From a virus (lineage: Duplodnaviria; Caudoviricetes), in IMG/VR virus record IMGVR_UViG_2687453683_000002, positions 1 to 64,000 of that record: DNA of 64,000 bases. The stretch is one strand, 5' to 3'. The notes below the pieces were generated by a model, which saw only the letters and a program-made list of their open reading frames with translations, was not told where the DNA came from and did not search any database. Shown piece by piece: positions 58,800 to 64,000 of the stretch (within the stretch, counting starts at the first letter, position 1; each line of letters opens with the position of its first letter). Both the position numbers and the translations under genes were made by a program.

Positions 58800-58829
58800 C
58801 ATTATAAGAAAAAGCAGGGAACAATTAGC
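58800..58829 (-). promoter_or_regulatory. Class B phage promoter (GCTA-N17-CTTATAATG)
   Basis: Matches the motif. Confidence 0.6.
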
Positions 58830-58861
58830 GCCTTAAGCGTAAGTGCTCCCTGCCTATGTGG

Positions 58862-61800
58862 TTATCCTACTTCTGATATAGACTGCCACGTCAACTCTAG
58901 GTAGTTGACGATGCCATCGCTGTTACCGACGATTCTGTTCCCTTTAACCAAGAAGTAATTGGCAGTGAACGTCTTGGAATCGTATACGTAGACAGAGTCC
59001 AGCAGTTCGATTAACGGATTACCTTTGACTACGACGTTCTTCGTTCTTGCCTGACGTTTGTAATCGAAGAAAATCTTATTGGCTACATCCTCCTTCAAGT
59101 CTCTCATGGAGTTTCCGTCGATCTCTTCAATCCAATCCAACTGAGCACCCGCCGTGCGGATATTCCCCTTGGTTGCGATAATCAGAGACTTGTCGAAGAA
59201 GTGTTCCACGATACCCGCTGTACCGGAAATCATCAAGTGGTTTCTGACACGAGAGTAATCCGTAGAAGAAGTAACTTCCAGTAGATTCTCTCCATCAATG
59301 AACTCCCACTTCATACCCGCTACCATAGCCCAGTCTGGTGAATCGAGGAAGTCCATCTTCTCCATTCGGAACGTCCCATACCTGTCGCAGTAGGCACGGT
59401 AAGGAATATCTTGAATAATGGACTGTACGGCATCTGAAGCGTTTGTACCTATTGAGAAGGATACACTTGCCACGAACGGATTCTGCCAGCCGCCCACTTC
59501 CATAATATTTTGTTGAGTCACGGCTTCAAGTTCTCCGCTCTCCTTGTTGAATTTCATGAAGGTGTTCTTCCCTTTGTTCACGTCAATGTAAACTGTATCC
59601 TCGATTACGTAGTCAGGATTGCTCATATCCTCCGAATGAAATTTCCAAGTGCTCATGCCTGCATGGACAACAATGTCTTCTACAATGCTTGATTTAATCC
59701 AGGAGAACGCCCCGCTATCTCCTGCATAAGCTTCTTCCGGTGGGTACTGCATAGGCTTGTAGAAGATAAATTCCTCAAGCATGTCGTACCTGTCCACGCA
59801 ACTAAACGAGACGGTTTTCTCTTCGGAGTTCTCCGTAATCTCCCCTTTAATCATTCCAGTGAATACACGGACAACTTCTTCCCCATATCCCGCATAAATC
59901 CTGATTGGAGTGTACTCGCTAATAACATGTCGCAGTTCTCCTTCTTCGTAATAGCTCAACGGAGACTTGTCCGTCTTAAATGAGTCAGGGAACTCTGGTC
60001 TACGCTCCCAAGATGGAGAATAAATACCCGAAGAGTTGTCCAGCGTTAGCCGTGCGGTACTAATAGTCGTATCAAGGTGGGTGTTGATTTCCCAACTCAT
60101 TACATCTTTCTCAATGGTGTACATGTCTTCATAAACGAAGTCCCCAACTTCATACCACTTCTCGTCATACGTGTCACCGATGGCAGTAGCTAGTTGCTCG
60201 ATGGCATAGTCGTTGGCAGCGTACTTCACACTGTCGAGATACATCGTTCCATCCGTCACTGCAAACAGAATTCTGCTTTGGTACGGATAGTCGAATGCCG
60301 CCCCACGAATTCCGGTGTTAACCCAGACATCATTTATCTTCACATATACATCGATATCCGTTTGGTCATGGCAGACTACAGTGTACTCGATAAAATCAGA
60401 AGTCGTGTTTAGCTTAAACGTGCCGCCACCAGATGTATAAATTTGGTCATCCTTGATGTTCAGAAGAAACCCCTTCGTTCCATCACTAATAACTAACTTA
60501 CCGCTGGTACCCGCCGCTGTCTTCAGGCTAAAGTTAATCGTAAACGGAAACTTCTTGATTTTACCTAGCCGCTCGATACCTGCTTCACCTCCGCTGGTCG
60601 AGATTGCTTGGTAATCTCCTTTGTCCTTCTGTACAACCGTGCTGTACGGAGTCCAGTTGTTGGCACTATTCATTCCATCTTCAAAGTCCCACATTGCCTT
60701 CGATTCAACGGTTTCTACATCAAACTCTTTCGCTCTGAGCCACAAGATACCGAACTTTCCTCTCGACGCTTTCGAGGAATTGGCGAAAGTGAATTTCACC
60801 ACGTTATGTCCTTTTGGCATCGGTATGGAAGGTGGGTATGCCACTCCGTTTTTAGCGCTCACCCCGTTGATACGCACTACTTCGTAATCATTAACTGTGA
60901 CGATAATCGTGTCATCCAGTTCAAGGTCAGAGAAGTATGCCCAGCCAAGGTTTCCTGCCTTAAACCAATCGTGCTCGAAAATCAGCGTCTTTGCCTGGCC
61001 CGCCCCGCCCGTTCCGTTAAATCCGAGGACGTTCATCGAAGTCTTGTCATCAACAACAGTCATTTGCACTGCACCGTTTGTCTCTGTGTACTTCTTGACA
61101 TCAAGTGCAGTCTTCTTGGTTGTAAATTCCTTGAAGTAAGTTTGTTTAGTGGTTGTCCTGTTGTATTGGTACGTGACGATTTCCTTGTCGATGCTGGCAT
61201 CTCCAGTCGAGTCTGCCGTTCTTGGTTTACCATCGCCCCAAGACTTGACTCGTACAACAACGGGCTGCCTTCCAAACTTGAGGGCATTCGCCTTCGTATC
61301 ATAAAGAATGTCAATTCGGTTGCCTTTGATATCCCCGCCCGTGTCATCCGCAAGATACTCTCCCCAACTCGTTCCATTCACAATCAGTTCCACTTTGCTC
61401 TTCAAAGGGATGACAGAGGGATCTACCGCAATAATCTTCCAGTTCTTCCATGTCCGTACGTCTGTACCGCCCCGTGTGATTCCAATACAGCCAGGGCAGT
61501 CTGCTACATATGCCGTTGCTTCCATGTTGTATTCCACGTAGGAGGTCGAGTCTGCCATTACTTCTGGAGCGTCCATTAGAACAGAAGCATCCTGAATGTT
61601 CCTTGGGTCAATTTTCTTGCTTGCTGTCTGAATAGTTTTCTTGCCCCGAAGGTACGGTTCAGGATTCTGTGCTACGTCGTTAAATCGTACTTCAAAGTGC
61701 AAGTGTGTTCCGTCACCACCACCGCTGGAGATGGAGTGTCCGGTATTACCTCCAAGACCTACAATACCACCTGCGTTAACCTTATCCCCCACACTGACAC

Positions 61801-62359
61801 TGATTTTGTTTAAGTGGGCATACCTTGTCTGCCACCCGTTTCCGTGATTAACGTAGACGACTTTACCGTACCCTCTTAAGGTGCTGGCGATGGCTACTGT
61901 ACCTGCCCACACAGCGTAAACAGGGTCGTTCATCGCAAGGTCAAGGTCAATCCCTTTATGCTTTTTACGGGAACAGCGAGGGTCTGTCTCGAACCAATCG
62001 GTGATATACATCCCGTTGATGGTTCGCTCCCCATTCTCCTTCCCGTGCATCGTTGAACTTGCTTTTATTGGCATGGAGAAGTCTGCGTTTCTCAGGTCGG
62101 TGCTGGTATCAATCAGCGTACCGTCAACGTAGTTCGTAATCTTCTCCGCTTTGTCGATGGATAGCATATCATTCACTGCACTGTCTACCACATACTGGAC
62201 TGCATCGTATTTTCTACGGAAGCCCCGCACGTATGATGTTTTGTCCAACTCTACGATTACCTTCGGCTCGTTCCCTAGCGCGTTTACACGCTCCATGATG
62301 CCTTGTAGCAACTGCCTTGAAGGGTAGTTAACGTTAGATACATAAACCACTTCAGCCAC
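58862..62359 (-). CDS. Tail-associated lysin/hub: M23 peptidase + 3D domain + baseplate-hub-like C-terminus
   Basis: HKGIDL, YAHL and HLHFE (M23); ATAY, IAVDP..IPL and ADDTGG.IKG.RID (3D); RVFTG.I, C.DR, GNPLIELLD.V (hub). Confidence 0.85.
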   Translation of the reverse strand: MAEVVYVSNVNYPSRQLLQGIMERVNALGNEPKVIVELDKTSYVRGFRRKYDAVQYVVDSAVNDMLSIDKAEKITNYVDGTLIDTSTDLRNADFSMPIKASSTMHGKENGERTINGMYITDWFETDPRCSRKKHKGIDLDLAMNDPVYAVWAGTVAIASTLRGYGKVVYVNHGNGWQTRYAHLNKISVSVGDKVNAGGIVGLGGNTGHSISSGGGDGTHLHFEVRFNDVAQNPEPYLRGKKTIQTASKKIDPRNIQDASVLMDAPEVMADSTSYVEYNMEATAYVADCPGCIGITRGGTDVRTWKNWKIIAVDPSVIPLKSKVELIVNGTSWGEYLADDTGGDIKGNRIDILYDTKANALKFGRQPVVVRVKSWGDGKPRTADSTGDASIDKEIVTYQYNRTTTKQTYFKEFTTKKTALDVKKYTETNGAVQMTVVDDKTSMNVLGFNGTGGAGQAKTLIFEHDWFKAGNLGWAYFSDLELDDTIIVTVNDYEVVRINGVSAKNGVAYPPSIPMPKGHNVVKFTFANSSKASRGKFGILWLRAKEFDVETVESKAMWDFEDGMNSANNWTPYSTVVQKDKGDYQAISTSGGEAGIERLGKIKKFPFTINFSLKTAAGTSGKLVISDGTKGFLLNIKDDQIYTSGGGTFKLNTTSDFIEYTVVCHDQTDIDVYVKINDVWVNTGIRGAAFDYPYQSRILFAVTDGTMYLDSVKYAANDYAIEQLATAIGDTYDEKWYEVGDFVYEDMYTIEKDVMSWEINTHLDTTISTARLTLDNSSGIYSPSWERRPEFPDSFKTDKSPLSYYEEGELRHVISEYTPIRIYAGYGEEVVRVFTGMIKGEITENSEEKTVSFSCVDRYDMLEEFIFYKPMQYPPEEAYAGDSGAFSWIKSSIVEDIVVHAGMSTWKFHSEDMSNPDYVIEDTVYIDVNKGKNTFMKFNKESGELEAVTQQNIMEVGGWQNPFVASVSFSIGTNASDAVQSIIQDIPYRAYCDRYGTFRMEKMDFLDSPDWAMVAGMKWEFIDGENLLEVTSSTDYSRVRNHLMISGTAGIVEHFFDKSLIIATKGNIRTAGAQLDWIEEIDGNSMRDLKEDVANKIFFDYKRQARTKNVVVKGNPLIELLDSVYVYDSKTFTANYFLVKGNRIVGNSDGIVNYLELTWQSISEVG

Positions 62360-62364
62360 CTGCC

Positions 62365-63408
62365 TTATCTATATTTCTCCGTAATCCACTCTATAAATCT
62401 GTTGAGGAAGGTTACGGCTTCCGCTCTTGTAATACACGCTTCCGGTTCAAACTGACCATCTTCATAAAGCGGGAACACATAACACCCGTCATGGAATTTT
62501 TCATCCAACAGGGTCAGTACGTCGTTCGAGTACCATCTGGAAAGGATAACATCCTTATCCAGAATCGGTCTCAGCGGCGTATCATTGTATGTGAACGCAC
62601 GATCGGTGTACCGATTATGCAGATTCTCGTAAATACGGCTCATAAGTGAGAAGAAGTCTCCGCGACGAATACGAACGTCTCCGAAAAATCTGTCGTTGTA
62701 CGTCACTCGCCCTGATTCCACGACGACCGTTTCACTTGTACGTCTACTCACCCCTTTAATTACGGCGTTATACCCTATGACAGCAGGGAAGCCATTGTAC
62801 ATGTATGGCAAGTAAACTTCACCCTTATGAATGACAAACACGTCACGCTGAAATCCGATCGTGTTCCGGATGACCACGCCTGCATCACTTCCTGCGCCAA
62901 CGGTGACGAGAAGTCTCTTCAGCTTCACCCCAAGGACTGTACAAGACTCCGGTTGGTTGCTGTAGCTGAAATGGTATGTTGAAGCATACTTCAGGGTTGC
63001 GTGTGGCATCCGGTAGTCGCCTACTCCATTGTAAGGGGTATTGACACACCCGATATCTTTCCGGTCAGGGATGCCATAAGCAATGACCACGACTTCGATG
63101 CCCGCCGACAGCGGGTTGGTCATGGTTACTTTTCCGTTCTCTACCTTCTCAGGAAGAACCTCCACTCCGTTCACGATAACGAACACCGGATTACTCAAGT
63201 GGTATTTGTAATCAGGTACAAGAAACTCTTGCTGTCCGCTTACGGTCACGAAGCGCTTGACCATTCGCTCGTACCCTTCTTTGAACACGTTGTACGTCAT
63301 GCCGCTTAAGACTTCTACGTCACCTGTCAAATCCGTTCTCATACGGGTAATCTCAAGTGTGTCACGGTAATACCAATCCAGCGGATCTACGTCAATCCAT
63401 CTTTTCAT
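62365..63408 (-). CDS. Tail-region protein with SLH-like motifs
   Basis: N-terminal DVDPLDWYY, internal IRRGDF, C-terminal GQFEPEACITRAEAVTFLNR. Confidence 0.7.
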   Translation of the reverse strand: MKRWIDVDPLDWYYRDTLEITRMRTDLTGDVEVLSGMTYNVFKEGYERMVKRFVTVSGQQEFLVPDYKYHLSNPVFVIVNGVEVLPEKVENGKVTMTNPLSAGIEVVVIAYGIPDRKDIGCVNTPYNGVGDYRMPHATLKYASTYHFSYSNQPESCTVLGVKLKRLLVTVGAGSDAGVVIRNTIGFQRDVFVIHKGEVYLPYMYNGFPAVIGYNAVIKGVSRRTSETVVVESGRVTYNDRFFGDVRIRRGDFFSLMSRIYENLHNRYTDRAFTYNDTPLRPILDKDVILSRWYSNDVLTLLDEKFHDGCYVFPLYEDGQFEPEACITRAEAVTFLNRFIEWITEKYR

Positions 63409-63411
63409 TTC

Positions 63412-63996
63412 TTAGTACCCCCTCAGCAACTTGTCTACGTGTCGGTACGTCCGCATAAGAAACGTAATGGATTCTGCTCTTGTAGCCGCTTCGTCCGGAC
63501 GGAAGTAAACCACAGACTCCCCGTCTGCTTCCCAGTTCGTGGCGATAAGTCCAAGCTGCTGCATATTGTCGATATACTTGTTTGCCCAATGATTTTCGAT
63601 ATCAATGAACTCTGTCATGTACTTGTACTCAAAATCTTGCTTGCGGACGAGAGACATGCCGATGGTTACGATGTACTTCGTTTCCATCTCAGCGGTTTTA
63701 ATATCGGGTTCTCCAGTTACGATGCCGATGTAAACTGTACCTTTCTCGTCGTAATACTTATGTTGAGAGCCGATGAACTGAAGCCAGTCGGCATATTCCT
63801 TCTTAGAATAAAACAGCATGGTTAGGGTAGCGTTATAATGAGACGTTCCGTTTTGCACAAGCCCGGCCGAAGAGGCCAAGGTCTGGTTGACATGGGTCTT
63901 CAGGTAAGGCGTTGGCGGTTTGTACTCCGTAATCAGCTTTGCCTTGACCTGATTAAACTGGACTCCGTTGTCGTAAAACAGTTTCTTCTTATACAC
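63412..63996 (-). CDS. Putative distal-tail-like protein with a C-terminal SLH domain
   Basis: F.DIENHWA..YI..M..LGLI...FRPDEAATRAESITFL; position upstream of the hub/lysin gene. Confidence 0.7.
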   Translation of the reverse strand: MYKKKLFYDNGVQFNQVKAKLITEYKPPTPYLKTHVNQTLASSAGLVQNGTSHYNATLTMLFYSKKEYADWLQFIGSQHKYYDEKGTVYIGIVTGEPDIKTAEMETKYIVTIGMSLVRKQDFEYKYMTEFIDIENHWANKYIDNMQQLGLIATNWEADGESVVYFRPDEAATRAESITFLMRTYRHVDKLLRGY

Positions 63997-64000
63997 CGAA

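Larger units (their letters stand above)
4790..64000 (-). mobile_element. Large prophage / phage-derived element (continues beyond the window end)
   Basis: Co-oriented phage replication, sigma, lysis and tail genes. The left boundary is approximate. Confidence 0.85.

Noticed and set aside
29243-63996. Contractile injection system or R-type tailocin
   Set aside because: No sheath, tube or baseplate-wedge motifs were recognised in the window; tail type cannot be assigned with certainty.
1-64000. CRISPR array
   Set aside because: No run of regularly spaced identical repeats was seen.

Overview
Bacillales (probably Paenibacillaceae-type) DNA, almost all coding on the minus strand. Positions 1-~4790 are a decayed conjugative-element remnant: an SF2 helicase pseudogene, a fragmented VirD4/TraG coupling protein, and a gene split by an intact IS110/IS1111-type element with a candidate bridge/seek RNA. 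Positions ~4790-64000 are one arm of a large prophage or phage-derived element. It holds decayed accessory genes (thioredoxin, HU, transglycosylase, an IS1182 insertion), two phage sigma factors, a full replication module (initiator, DnaC-like loader, DnaB-like helicase, primase, SSB, family A polymerase), a lysis cassette, and ~35 kb of apparently intact tail/fibre genes. No capsid, portal, terminase or tape-measure gene lies in the window. Main observations: (i) two repeated promoter motifs read directly from the sequence suggest an ECF-like to sporulation-like sigma cascade; (ii) a family of adhesins has variable N-terminal heads and a shared C-terminal docking domain; (iii) tail proteins carry SLH domains; (iv) a virion-type domain is fused to an HEXXH peptidase beside a Cys-rich partner; (v) a ~148-nt rod-like candidate ncRNA has a tRNA T-loop; (vi) a 34-bp lox-like site lies next to a deleted tyrosine recombinase. 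All family assignments are by motif recognition only; no searches were run.
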